A stretch of DNA of 63,685 nt, counting the filler, from an uncultured archaeon (GTDB lineage: Archaea; Iainarchaeota; Iainarchaeia; Iainarchaeales; 1-14-0-10-31-34), in NCBI GenBank assembly GCA_964442255.1. It is 4 parts of 4 records of this genome, joined end to end, with 100 filler letters (N's around TTAATTAATTAA, not from the genome) between each part and the next. Parts side by side here need not be neighbours in the genome. Positions count along the whole stretch, not along the records: positions 51,416 to 61,895 come from CAYTYC010000031.1; positions 61,996 to 63,685 come from CAYTYC010000050.1; 2 more parts are not named here. The stretch is one strand, 5' to 3'. This document shows positions 55,801-63,685 of this stretch, in pieces. How positions within the stretch are numbered: position 1 is the stretch's first letter; each line of letters starts with the position of its first letter. The notes under the pieces were generated by a model that saw only the letters and a program-made list of their open reading frames with translations, was not told the DNA's origin and ran no database searches. A program made the translations under genes and the position numbers.

Positions 55801-55897
55801 AATCAAAGAACTTTACAGGCCGGTTTACAAGGTCCTTTTATCAGGCGAAAAAGAAAGACTTGTGCACATTGACGCGGTAAGCGGGAAAACTATTTGA
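52847..55897 (+). CDS. HerA/DUF87-family ATPase with a long charged N-terminal extension and a C-terminal winged-helix-containing region
   Basis: PHVVFVCGARGSGKS, IDPIG, WLFVDEAH, KQGRRPG, ATQQP. Confidence 0.88.
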   Translation: MPEEEKRAQPRELSEGERVKKVKVVEDVDLFDEVFEGKKERHVEVDESLPSAEKNVKALKKPESRKNEPERTPEAEEDFGGAGKKEEKEEPKENEKGLQEKGGGEKWEDEPELKEDRKPEGGDENDLEEPEKGENEPDEGEKEPEKEKKKQLLRKEEKINNLKRVKVKKKSAKDSVKGMDDEIAEEFKGVPSKEEIKEKLVEKASKAAGTGPEMEPEQDNTVPLRFLEDKENQNVFIGMKRGVFNSFGGDQALLVGKLKERGEGERNVFLDSLNPHVVFVCGARGSGKSYVLGVIAEEMAHKNPDVGMLVIDPIGVFWSMRHPNRETRELEALGKWGLEPKGVENLKVFIPEGMKNSVPGNTFDSTFSIPPSLLTSEDWSLTFGMERFGPTGLLLDKLLKKVEHGYTTEEGKNVKGKKGSYSLNDMIHCLENDADLNSRERGYKMDSIRALVSRFEAAKGWGIFSEKGTPLSELSRAGQLSILDTSFLEENVTSLVIGIIARRILAARKLSTRREAADKFKSMEMDELLELEIPPTWLFVDEAHTLIPSGTTKTPATSALVEYVKQGRRPGCSVVFATQQPSAIDTKVLSQLDVLLCHKLVFDDDIKAVFKRIPTIIPWKYKKSNFIRSLPIGTTLTGDRREETSRAFVMKIRPRMSQHEGRDAETLQKIKSLSPEQVENLAKGMILKKVEAQGELEMPTLNQLVETLSSKYKAKAQLSNVLDLLEESGLSVDDKRVFLSGEEEGEPEEDEEEEEEEMEGGEPEVYGEENEAAPKSEAELLVFAPKIDAKMAEKIAGKSVDKKFLFFGAKEKVKEVKLVHRKVYKIEFNEFNTKSEYLPRACYVDSFSGELLHFVDGAFVLSKGFSRTSALNADEMRVLKYLVQHKKLPARIDRELDLNETKVKTVLDRLAENNFVKKESKNKVSTYYFNNEVELPLSASHSVLSSLDALSLTQQSSVEAEPEVFERTSITKTLNRFFPNTVVKRIKELYRPVYKVLLSGEKERLVHIDAVSGKTI

Positions 55898-56652
55898 AGA
55901 GGCTAAAAATGCCTGCAGGAAGAAGAAGGGCTAAAACCCCTGCTTGGTTGAAATCAGAAGCTGAAAAAGTCATAAAACTGGAAAGGCAATCGCACACCAT
56001 CCCAAAGGAAAAGCGGGCATATGTTGCCGACATTGTAAGAAACCTGAGGATCCTGGGCAGAATAAATGGATTTTGCAAAGTTCAGCTCAGAAAGGACAAC
56101 CTTGCGAAAATCCACATGAAAGCGCCAAAAGCATTCCACACTTTTGACCATTTTGGCGCGTATTCAAATGTGGCGATAAGGGCAATATTAAAGCCAGCTG
56201 GAGCAGAACTTAAGTCAAACCCTGAACTCGCAAAACTCAAGAACCTGGCTTCATATGATGCAAGCCAAAACCTGTCAAATGCAATTGGACACATGGCATT
56301 CAGGCTTATGTGGTGCGGAGGAGAAAAAAATCCCACTAGGTTAGTAACAATAATTAAGGCGCGGGAAAATTTCTTTTCATTATCAAATAGGGAGAAAAGA
56401 AGGTTCAAGCAATGGGATGACGCACTTTTGGGGTTTTTGGAGGAACAATTCAGGCCGGCTGGGGCAAAAAGAATTGTGATAGTTGGAGAAGACGCGCCGG
56501 AAGCCAAGAAAGCGCCCCCTATTGCAAGAGAGACGCATTACGTTCAATTGCCGAAAAGCAGAAATTACGGAAAAGACCCTGAGTTTGAGGGAAAAATTCC
56601 CGGGGACTTAAGAATAATGGTTGGAAAGTATCACTCAAAAACGCTGAATTGA
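55894..56652 (+). CDS. Basic hypothetical protein
   Basis: 252-aa ORF overlapping the ATPase stop; no motif recognised. Confidence 0.6.
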   Translation: MKRLKMPAGRRRAKTPAWLKSEAEKVIKLERQSHTIPKEKRAYVADIVRNLRILGRINGFCKVQLRKDNLAKIHMKAPKAFHTFDHFGAYSNVAIRAILKPAGAELKSNPELAKLKNLASYDASQNLSNAIGHMAFRLMWCGGEKNPTRLVTIIKARENFFSLSNREKRRFKQWDDALLGFLEEQFRPAGAKRIVIVGEDAPEAKKAPPIARETHYVQLPKSRNYGKDPEFEGKIPGDLRIMVGKYHSKTLN

Positions 56653-58481
56653 TTATTTAACAAGCGCAAGCAAATTGTTCGCCAATTTTTCCGGGTCGTG
56701 GCGCAGGTAGTCCTTTTTGTTCCAGTGCACCCTCGGCGCGGAGGAATCCTCCAGAATGTCTGCGCGCACAATCTTTGTTTTGCCGAACGAATCCTTCAAG
56801 TCATNNNNNNNNNNNNNNNNNNNNNNNNNNNNNNNNNNNNNNNNNNNNNNNNNNNNNNNNNNNNNNNNNNNNNNNNNNNNNNNNNNNNNNNNNNNNNNNN
56901 NNNNTCCAGAATGTCTGCGCGCACAATCTTTGTTTTGCCGAACGAATCCTTCAAGTCATCCTTCACAAGGAATGCGCCCTGTTCCTCGTATTTTTTCAAA
57001 AGCTTTTTGGAAGGATTTTTGGAATTCAGGATTGAATAATCCAAAACATTTTTTCCCAAATATTTTTCCACCTGGTTTAAGTGCTGTGCCGCAGTATATG
57101 AATCCGTTTGCCCGGGCTGGGTCATCACATTGCAGATGTAAACCTTTCTCGCACTTGATTTTTTAATCGCTTCAGGCACTCCCTCCACCAAAAGGTTTGG
57201 AATAATGCTGGTAAACAGGCTTCCGGGCCCAAAGACAATCAAATCCGCTTCTTTTATCGCCTCCAAAGCCTCTTTCAGAGGCCTTGCTTTCCTTGGCTTA
57301 AGGAACACCTCCTGTATTGGGGGCTTTCCCGGCTCATAGACATTGAAGTCCTTTTCCACTGTTCTCCCGTCCTCCAGCTTCGCGCAAATCTGCACGTCCT
57401 CAAGGGTAGAGGGCAGAACCCGCCCCTTAATGCGCAAAATTTTGCTTGTCTCCTTTATTGCCTCCAAAAAGTTTCCCTTAATTTTGCTTAAGGCCGCAAT
57501 GAAAAGGTTTCCGAAGCTGTGGCCGTTCAGGGAATTCCCTTCCCCAAACCTGTACTGAAAAAGGTCCAAAAGGAGTTTTTCGGAATCGGATAAGGCAACA
57601 ATGCAGTTCCTCAAATCCCCGGGAGGCAAGACATTCAAGTCCTCCCTCAGCTTGCCCGAGCTTCTTCCGGCGTCAGTCACAGTGACTATTGCGGTGAGGT
57701 TGGAGGTGCGCTGCTTCAAGCCCTCCAGAACGTTTGGAAGCCCTGTGCCTCCGCCGATCGCGACAATTTTGGGCGGGTTTTTAGCTGATTCAATTTCATC
57801 CAGCAAAGGAATTAATTCGGAAACCTTTTTGATTTTGAAGTCCGGCTGCTCCAACGCGTTCTTTGGTTTGAGTGAAGAAAACCTGCCGTGCAAAAACTGC
57901 ACGGTGTTCATTCCCAAAGAATTCGAGATTTTAATCTCGGAATGGATTCTGTCCCCGACTGAAACGATTTCCTCCGGTTTTAGGCTGAAGTGGTCCATTG
58001 CCTCAAGGAAAAAGTCTTCCTTGGATTTGTCCAAGTCAACGTCATGAATTAAAACCAAATCAAAGAATTTTTTGAGCCCGAGTTTCCTGATTTTTTTCCT
58101 CTGCCTTGCGTGCACCCCTGAAGTGACCAGAATAAGCCTGAATTTCTTCTTTAATTCCGCAAGGGTTTTCGGAACATCAGGGAAAGGGGAAATGTTTTCC
58201 ACGATGTCCGCGTTGTAGGCAAGGAAAGCCCTTTCTTTTGCCCCCTCGTTCTTTACCCCAAACTCTTCGCAGACTTTGTCGAACACGTTCACCCGGGGAC
58301 CGAATTTTTTCGCGTAAAACTCCTGTTTTTCAAGAAGCTCTTTTTCCGTGCAAGGAATGCCGCTGTTAACCAAGGACTTTGCCGCGCGCTTTCTCGCGTT
58401 TTTCACCAGGGAACCGGAGCAGTCAAAAAGCGTGTCGTCCAAATCAAAGATTATTGCCTTCAGTTTCCCCATGCCCTTCAC
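56653..58481 (-). CDS. Fusion of a HAD-family hydrolase and a YvcK/GlmR (CofD-like, UDP-GlcNAc-binding) domain; spans a scaffold gap
   Basis: FDLDDTL, VTSG and VGD HAD motifs, then IGGGTGL, DAGRSSG, PPGDLRNC, GHSFGNL, GPGSLFTS, NVMTQPG. The C-terminus ...LRHDPEKLA... resumes on the other side of the gap. Confidence 0.88.
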
Positions 58482-58967
58482 CTAATCCAAATCAAGCCTC
58501 ATTTCAACTGAGAATTCCTTGAACCCGCTTTTTTCATAGAAAGGAATGTTTTCTTTCTTGCACGCCAGAATTATTTTGTAGGCGCCCTTTTCCTTCGCCT
58601 TTTCCACAAGGAAATCAATTATCTTTCTCCCAACCCCCTCTTTTCTGTGCGCGGAGTCAACCACAATGTTTTCAATGTGCGCAACCGGCTTTCCGCCGTG
58701 GGAGATGTTAAGCTGCAGGAAAAGCGTTCCCGTGCCGAGGATTTTCCCTTCCCTTTCCAGAACGCAAAGGAAATAGTCTTCATTTGAAAGCATTTTCCGC
58801 AGAATTCCCTTAAGCTTTTCCTTGCCTTCTTTCAAATCCTCTTCACTTGGGGGGCTTAACTGGTGCAGCAGCTCCAGCAATGAATCCAAGTCCTTTTCAT
58901 TTGCCTTCCTTATTCCCATTTCATTTCCCTTCCTTATTCCCATTTCATTTCCCTTCCTTATTCCCAT
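58482..58967 (-). CDS. GNAT acetyltransferase, glucosamine-6-phosphate N-acetyltransferase (GNA1)-like
   Basis: LLHQLS, HGGKPVAHIENIVVD..HRKEGVG, YKIILAC, FYEKSGF. Directly downstream of glmS. Confidence 0.8.
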   Translation of the reverse strand: MGIRKGNEMGIRKGNEMGIRKANEKDLDSLLELLHQLSPPSEEDLKEGKEKLKGILRKMLSNEDYFLCVLEREGKILGTGTLFLQLNISHGGKPVAHIENIVVDSAHRKEGVGRKIIDFLVEKAKEKGAYKIILACKKENIPFYEKSGFKEFSVEMRLDLD

Positions 58968-58975
58968 TTCATTTC
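58904..58975. repeat. 24-bp tandem repeat x3 covering the GNAT start
   Basis: ccttccttattcccatttcatttc three times; encodes MGIRKGNE repeats. Confidence 0.9.
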
Positions 58976-59035
58976 ACCTCAAAATCCCCGCAGGATTCCT
59001 TTGGCTTTGCTTTTCTTGTCTCCATTTTTTTCCAC

Positions 59036-60793
59036 CTAACGCACTGTAACCGATTTTGCGAGGTTTCTGGGCCTGTCCGGGTTTCTCTTGAGTGCGAGGC
59101 TTGTGTAAAGCGCGAGGAACTGCATGGGGATTGCGAGAAGCAGGGGGAAAAATTCCTGCTTAACTTTTGGAACGGGAAAACGGAAGTCAAATTCCCCGCG
59201 GTTTTTGTCCGAGATTCCGATTATGAATGCCCCCCGCGATTTTGCCTCCGAAACATTGTTCAAAGTGTCGGAAAATGTTTCATCCGAAGGCGCAACGCAC
59301 AGCACAGGGGTTTGCCTGCCCACAAGCGCAAGAGGGCCGTGCTTTAACTCCCCCGCGGGAAATGCCTCCGCATGCAGGTAGGATATTTCCTTCAGCTTCA
59401 GTGCGCCTTCCTGCGCAAGGGGATAATTTGCCCCGCGCCCGATGAAGTAAACGTCGTTTTTTTTCTTTATGGCCTGCGCAAGCCTTTTCGCCTTTTCCCG
59501 TGAAAGCTTGATTGTTTTCGTGAGCTTTGGGGCAAGTTTTTTGAGCTCTTCCGCGCCTTTTTCCGTTTTCCCCTGCAGCGCAAAGGAAAGCAAATAAAGA
59601 ACCGCGAGCTGGGATGTGAAAGCCTTTGTGGAGGCCACACCAATCTCGGAACCGCATTTAAGGTAAATTGTTTCGTTTGCCGCCCTCGCCAGCGAAGAGC
59701 CGAACACATTCACCAGCGCAATCACCGGAATTTTTTTCTTTTTGCATAGTTTCACTGCGTGCAGCACGTCCGCGGTTTCCCCGCTCTGGCTTATTGCAAC
59801 CACCAACGAATTTTTCGGAAGATGCCCCGCCTTGTACGGAAACTCTGACGCGTTAAGCACTGCAGAGGTTTTGGAGGAAAAGCGCTGAAACAAGTCCGCG
59901 CCAACCAAAGAGGCGTTGAAGGAGGTGCCGTTTGAGACAAAGAAAACATTTCGTCTGGAAAGCTTTTTTGCAATCCGTTTGATTTGCGAAAAATCCTGTT
60001 CAAGCGCCTGCAGGAAAGTGGAATCCTGTTCAAGGATTTCCTTTAACATGAAATGCGAGTACCTGAGCTTGCGGGAGGTGGAATAGGCGGCGTCAATTTT
60101 ATGGATTTTTTTATTCACTGCCTTCAAATTGAAGTCAAACACCTTTGCGTTTTTGCCTGACAGAAGCGCAATCTCAAAATCGTCCAGGAAAAGGAACCTG
60201 TCAGTGTGCTTTAAAAGCGGGGTCTGGTCTGAGGAGGCGAAAACCCCTTTTTTGGAGAACCCGAGGAGAAGGGGGGAATCTTTTTTCACGGCAACAATTT
60301 TTTCAGGCTCAAGGGAAGAGAGAACCAGAAAAGCGAAGCTTCCCTTAAGGAAGCCTGCGGTTTCCTGCACCGCCTTCAGCAGGCCTTTTCTTGGATTGAG
60401 TTTTTCCTCAATGAGGTGCGCAATTATTTCTGAATCGGTTTCCGAGGAAAATTTGTGCCCGCGGAGCCTTTTTTTGAGTGAAGGAAAGTTTTCAATTATC
60501 CCGTTGTGCACAACCGCAATCTCCTTTCCGCAGGAAAAATGGGGGTGCGCATTTTTTCTGGAAACCTTTCCGTGGGTTGCCCAGCGGGTGTGGCCGATTG
60601 CTGAAGGCGAGAAAACGCGCTTTCCTTTGATTATTTTTCCGATGCAGCCGGTTCCCTTGAAAAGTTTGAGGGAACCGTTTAAGGGAAAGGCGATTCCAGA
60701 ACTGTCATAGCCCCTGTACTCCAGGTTTTTGAGGCCTGACGAAACCAGTGAAAATGCGTTCCCTTTCCCGGTGTAGCCGATTATTCCGCACAT
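59036..60793 (-). CDS. glmS: Glutamine-fructose-6-phosphate aminotransferase
   Basis: MCGIIG, LEYRGYDS, GHTRWATHG, HNGIIEN, SQSGETAD, ELKHGP, PRNLAKSVTV. Confidence 0.97.
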   Translation of the reverse strand: MCGIIGYTGKGNAFSLVSSGLKNLEYRGYDSSGIAFPLNGSLKLFKGTGCIGKIIKGKRVFSPSAIGHTRWATHGKVSRKNAHPHFSCGKEIAVVHNGIIENFPSLKKRLRGHKFSSETDSEIIAHLIEEKLNPRKGLLKAVQETAGFLKGSFAFLVLSSLEPEKIVAVKKDSPLLLGFSKKGVFASSDQTPLLKHTDRFLFLDDFEIALLSGKNAKVFDFNLKAVNKKIHKIDAAYSTSRKLRYSHFMLKEILEQDSTFLQALEQDFSQIKRIAKKLSRRNVFFVSNGTSFNASLVGADLFQRFSSKTSAVLNASEFPYKAGHLPKNSLVVAISQSGETADVLHAVKLCKKKKIPVIALVNVFGSSLARAANETIYLKCGSEIGVASTKAFTSQLAVLYLLSFALQGKTEKGAEELKKLAPKLTKTIKLSREKAKRLAQAIKKKNDVYFIGRGANYPLAQEGALKLKEISYLHAEAFPAGELKHGPLALVGRQTPVLCVAPSDETFSDTLNNVSEAKSRGAFIIGISDKNRGEFDFRFPVPKVKQEFFPLLLAIPMQFLALYTSLALKRNPDRPRNLAKSVTVR

Positions 60794-60843
60794 CGCAAAT
60801 CAATTGGATTGATAATTGCCGCGATAGATATTTAAAGATAACT

Positions 60844-60860
60844 TTATAATTAAATTATAA
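60844..60860. promoter_or_regulatory. Candidate operator TTATAAT-N3-ATTATAA in the glmS / regulator divergent promoter
   Basis: Perfect 7-3-7 inverted repeat in an 83-bp AT-rich intergenic region. Confidence 0.4.
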
Positions 60861-60876
60861 GTTTTTTTATAATATT

Positions 60877-61851
60877 ATGGGTGGTTTGATGGGGGACTTT
60901 TTGTTATTCACTGAAGGGGAAAAAGAATACCGGGTTAAAACAAAAGTGTTTGAGGAGGCAGGAAAGCTAAGGCCCCTGCTAAACCCTGCCGGATGGGAGA
61001 TTTACCGGCTTTTGAGCGAAAAGCCCCATTATCCGGCTGAAATAGCCAAAAGGCTGTCAATGCACGAGCAAAACGTGTATTATTACATTAAACAGCTAAG
61101 GGACCGCGGTTTAATTGAATTGAAGGGCACAGAAGAAAAACAAGGCACCCTTGCAAAGTATTTTTCCGCAGCTTTTTCCAGCTTTTCCGTGGTTCCGGAC
61201 AGAAAAAGGCTCGCGGATTCAGCCGAATTCAGCCTGGAGGGGGCGGGAAGAAAAATAGGCGCGGATTTGGAGGAATTCTTCACCCCATTTATACATAACG
61301 GGGTTTTGGACGCCAAAATAGTCGTGGGTTCCCCTGACCCGCACGGAAAAATGAAGGCCCGGGCAAAGGACGGGCATCTGGCTGTAGAGTTAAGCGCATT
61401 TCTCGGCTCAATGTGCAGGGAACTCAAATTTCCGCTTATTTTCCTGGACACAATGGTTAAAGGGCTGGAGGAAGAGAACTCCAACTTCATAATAATCGGC
61501 GGAATCCTCACAAACAAGTTGGCCGAAGAAATAAACAAAAAATGCAAAGGCAGGTTCCGGCCTTCAGGGGGGCACTGGACAATCAATTCCCTGGTTTCCG
61601 GAAAAGAATACATTGAAGACTCAATGGGCGTGATAGAAAAAATTCCCCACCCGTTTTTTCCCAAAAAATCAATTCTTCTTGTGGCAGGGAAAAGAAGTTC
61701 AGGCACCAAGGCGGCAATCCTTGCCCTGGTAAAGCATTCCCGTGAAAGCGTCAAGCCAAACTCATTTGACAGGAAGTCCGCAATGCGGGTAGTGGAAGGC
61801 CTGGATTTGGACGGCGACGGCTTGGTGGACGCGGTTGAGTTCAGGGAATAA
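60877..61851 (+). CDS. ArsR-like HTH regulator with a C-terminal ligand-binding/S-layer-C-like domain
   Basis: HYPAEIAKRLSMHEQNVYYYIKQLRDRGLI HTH; IVVGSPDPHG, IIIGG..TN, LLVAG...GT. Divergent from glmS. Confidence 0.8.
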   Translation: MGGLMGDFLLFTEGEKEYRVKTKVFEEAGKLRPLLNPAGWEIYRLLSEKPHYPAEIAKRLSMHEQNVYYYIKQLRDRGLIELKGTEEKQGTLAKYFSAAFSSFSVVPDRKRLADSAEFSLEGAGRKIGADLEEFFTPFIHNGVLDAKIVVGSPDPHGKMKARAKDGHLAVELSAFLGSMCRELKFPLIFLDTMVKGLEEENSNFIIIGGILTNKLAEEINKKCKGRFRPSGGHWTINSLVSGKEYIEDSMGVIEKIPHPFFPKKSILLVAGKRSSGTKAAILALVKHSRESVKPNSFDRKSAMRVVEGLDLDGDGLVDAVEFRE

Positions 61852-61856
61852 AACTT

Positions 61857-61895
61857 TTAACAACCCAAAGAAATCCGCTGCCTTCAGGCAGCGGT
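61857..61895. repeat. Palindromic element family A (copy 3, truncated by the contig end)
   Basis: ttaacaacccaaagaaatccgctgccttcaggcagcggt followed by Ns. Confidence 0.85.
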
Positions 61896-62119
61896 NNNNN
61901 NNNNNNNNNNNNNNNNNNNNNNNNNNNNNNNNNNNNNNNTTAATTAATTAANNNNNNNNNNNNNNNNNNNNNNNNNNNNNNNNNNNNNNNNNNNNGGTGC
62001 ATGGGTTTGCATTATTCAAAATCAGGTTGCGGGCCTTTATAAACCCGGTTAGCAGTTACTGAAACGGGGAAAAAAAGGGGACAGAAAAATTAATTAAGGG
62101 GAAAAAGCGTTAAATCCTT

Positions 62120-62359
62120 GTGGCGGGAAAAAGGCGGAAAAGCAACTCTGGACTGCTGGTTTTTTCACGGAAAACGGGTTCCAGGGACTTTGCAGAGATT
62201 TCAGCCAGATGGCGTGCAAAGGGTTACCGGCTTTTCAGGTTTGAGGAAGGCTGGGTTGCGGCAAAAAGAGACACAAAAGGCCGGCTGATTGCAGTAAACC
62301 CTGCAGATGGAAGCCGGGCAACAGGAAAAGTGGCGGAAAAGGCACGGGAAATAATTTGA
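62120..62359 (+). CDS. Small basic hypothetical protein
   Basis: 79-aa ORF; no motif recognised. Confidence 0.45.
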   Translation: MAGKRRKSNSGLLVFSRKTGSRDFAEISARWRAKGYRLFRFEEGWVAAKRDTKGRLIAVNPADGSRATGKVAEKAREII

Positions 62360-62406
62360 GAAAAAAAGGGAAACGTTAAAATAGGGCAAAGGAGTTACTT
62401 TTTAGC

Positions 62407-62772
62407 ATGCGGCAAAGAAACCCAAGGCACAGGCCAAGAATAAAAGCCAAAACGCTTAGGAGAAAAGGCACGCCACCAAGAAACGCCGTGCCACGCCACT
62501 CAAAAGGACTGGGGGGCGCGTTAAGGGACACCGGAAAAAATCCGTCCAGAGCAGGCAGATACCGCATGGCAGAACGCACAGCCCTAGGGTTTCCACTGAA
62601 TATCAGCGGGATGGCTACTAAAACTGACTCACCAACTTCAATACAGGTGCCGGGAGTCGGGGCAAAGCACAGCGGAAAGCCGGGAAACCGGGGAACAGGA
62701 TACAGGAAAAAGAAAAGCAGGAACCGGGGAGGAAAAAAAGGAACCTACAACAGGAGACGCAGGAGAGGATAA
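62407..62772 (+). CDS. Very basic Arg/Lys/Gly-rich hypothetical protein
   Basis: AGGAG RBS before the ATG; low complexity. Confidence 0.45.
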   Translation: MRQRNPRHRPRIKAKTLRRKGTPPRNAVPRHSKGLGGALRDTGKNPSRAGRYRMAERTALGFPLNISGMATKTDSPTSIQVPGVGAKHSGKPGNRGTGYRKKKSRNRGGKKGTYNRRRRRG

Positions 62773-63151
62773 GCCATATTTTAAATTCAAAAAAGAGGTG
62801 AAAAAAAATGCCCGGAGGAAGAAGAATAATAGGAAATACCGGAAGAAGAAAGATTCCAGGAGGCGCAAGAAGAAGGACCCAAACCAGAAACCCAAAGCCG
62901 GGGGGAAACCCGAAAAAAAGGCGAGGCGCCACAGGAAGGGGAAGCAGAAGCAGAAAGCCAAGAAAATAAAATCAGGCAGCAGGCAAGACCTTTTGGGAAG
63001 AAATAAGGCAGCCAAAACCAACAGTTATGTAGCTACTTTATACATAACATTAACCTGTTTTTGTTTTCCCTGCAAGGTTTTTTGCGCGCTCCGCTTTCTG
63101 ACCACCCAATGCCGGACAATGCTTAAATAAATTGGGGAGACCAATAATGGC

Positions 63152-63373
63152 ATGGCTCCAATAGTTGGCCCGAACAAGGTTTGTTTGGAAGGCGGGAAAG
63201 AGTGGTATTGGGTAGTGGAAATCGGGGGAAGGCTTGAGGTTCTCCACAAGTGGAGCCAGCCGGTAAGAAACTCAAAACTAAGGGAAAAAGTCGCAAAAGA
63301 ATACAAAAAACACAAAAACCGGCCGGCCCCTTGGAAAGGCAAAAGGCTTTTTGAAAGGCGGCGAATGAGGTGA
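63152..63373 (+). CDS. Small basic hypothetical protein
   Basis: GGAG RBS-like motif upstream; 73 aa. Confidence 0.5.
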   Translation: MAPIVGPNKVCLEGGKEWYWVVEIGGRLEVLHKWSQPVRNSKLREKVAKEYKKHKNRPAPWKGKRLFERRRMR

Positions 63374-63539
63374 GGCTTTTAAGCCCTGTTGAACGGCAAA
63401 ATTAACCTTAACTTATACATAACAATCATCTGTGTCGCTCGTGTCGCTCTCAGGAAATATGTTCAACCAGCGCTCCGCCTCCCCCTCACTTCCCCTAAAA
63501 ACAGTTTTTTGCATTTTTGCGAAAAATCCCTTCACAATT

Positions 63540-63567
63540 TTGCGGTATAATGTTGATTATACCGCAT
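63540..63567. other. Candidate dif-like (XerA / tyrosine recombinase) site
   Basis: tTGCGGTATAA-TGTTGA-TTATACCGCAt: perfect 10-bp inverted arms ending ATAA and starting TTAT around a 6-bp asymmetric spacer, intergenic. Confidence 0.65.
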
Positions 63568-63685
63568 TTGGGCTCTTTTTGAGGCACTTTTGAGGCATTT
63601 CCGGCGGAGCGAAAAGCCATTTGAAGGCATATTTAGGCGTTAGGGGCTGTTTCTCCGCATACTTCCGGTAATCGGGTTTAGGGGC

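Noticed and set aside
56750..56959. Direct repeat on both sides of the N gap in the HAD-YvcK gene
   Set aside because: Unmerged contig overlap. Merging gives one continuous ORF, so this is not a pseudogene or a real repeat.
62618..63130. Lys/Arg-rich ORF 62798-63130 and its Phe-rich antisense ORFs
   Set aside because: Purine-rich low-complexity sequence. I cannot tell whether any frame is real.

Overview
Archaeal genome fragment, probably DPANN and possibly Ca. Diapherotrites. This is inferred from gene content, Lys/Glu-rich proteins and BHB-intron tRNAs, not from a marker gene. It is a stitched assembly: N gaps lie at 15250-15349 and 56805-56904, and artificial N-ttaattaattaa-N contig linkers at 25620-25719, 51316-51415 and 61896-61995, so gene order across the linkers is not evidence. 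Main coding content: an 11-gene archaeal (Aeropyrum-type) mevalonate pathway cluster; a glmS / GNA1-like / HAD-YvcK amino-sugar cluster; pckA, a fumarase/aspartase, PMM/PGM, a RecJ-like DHH protein, a short Cdc6, a HerA-like ATPase, transporters, two S8 proteases and a VapBC-like pair. There are two intron-containing tRNAs (Asp-GTC, Ala-CGC). Mobile DNA includes an intact IS200/IS605 (tnpA+tnpB), a stop-interrupted IS481, a 120-bp MITE splitting a LAGLIDADG gene, and two families of dispersed palindromic repeats. The most unusual non-gene signal is four unrelated loci with a ~37-38 bp direct repeat around a ~35-36 bp insert (73-nt period), resembling single CRISPR-spacer integration events although no cas gene is in the window. 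One of these arrays is interrupted by the TnpB-carrying IS. Also notable are a 137-nt tRNA-Asp intron built from a triplicated hairpin motif and a palindromic dif-like site at 63540-63567.
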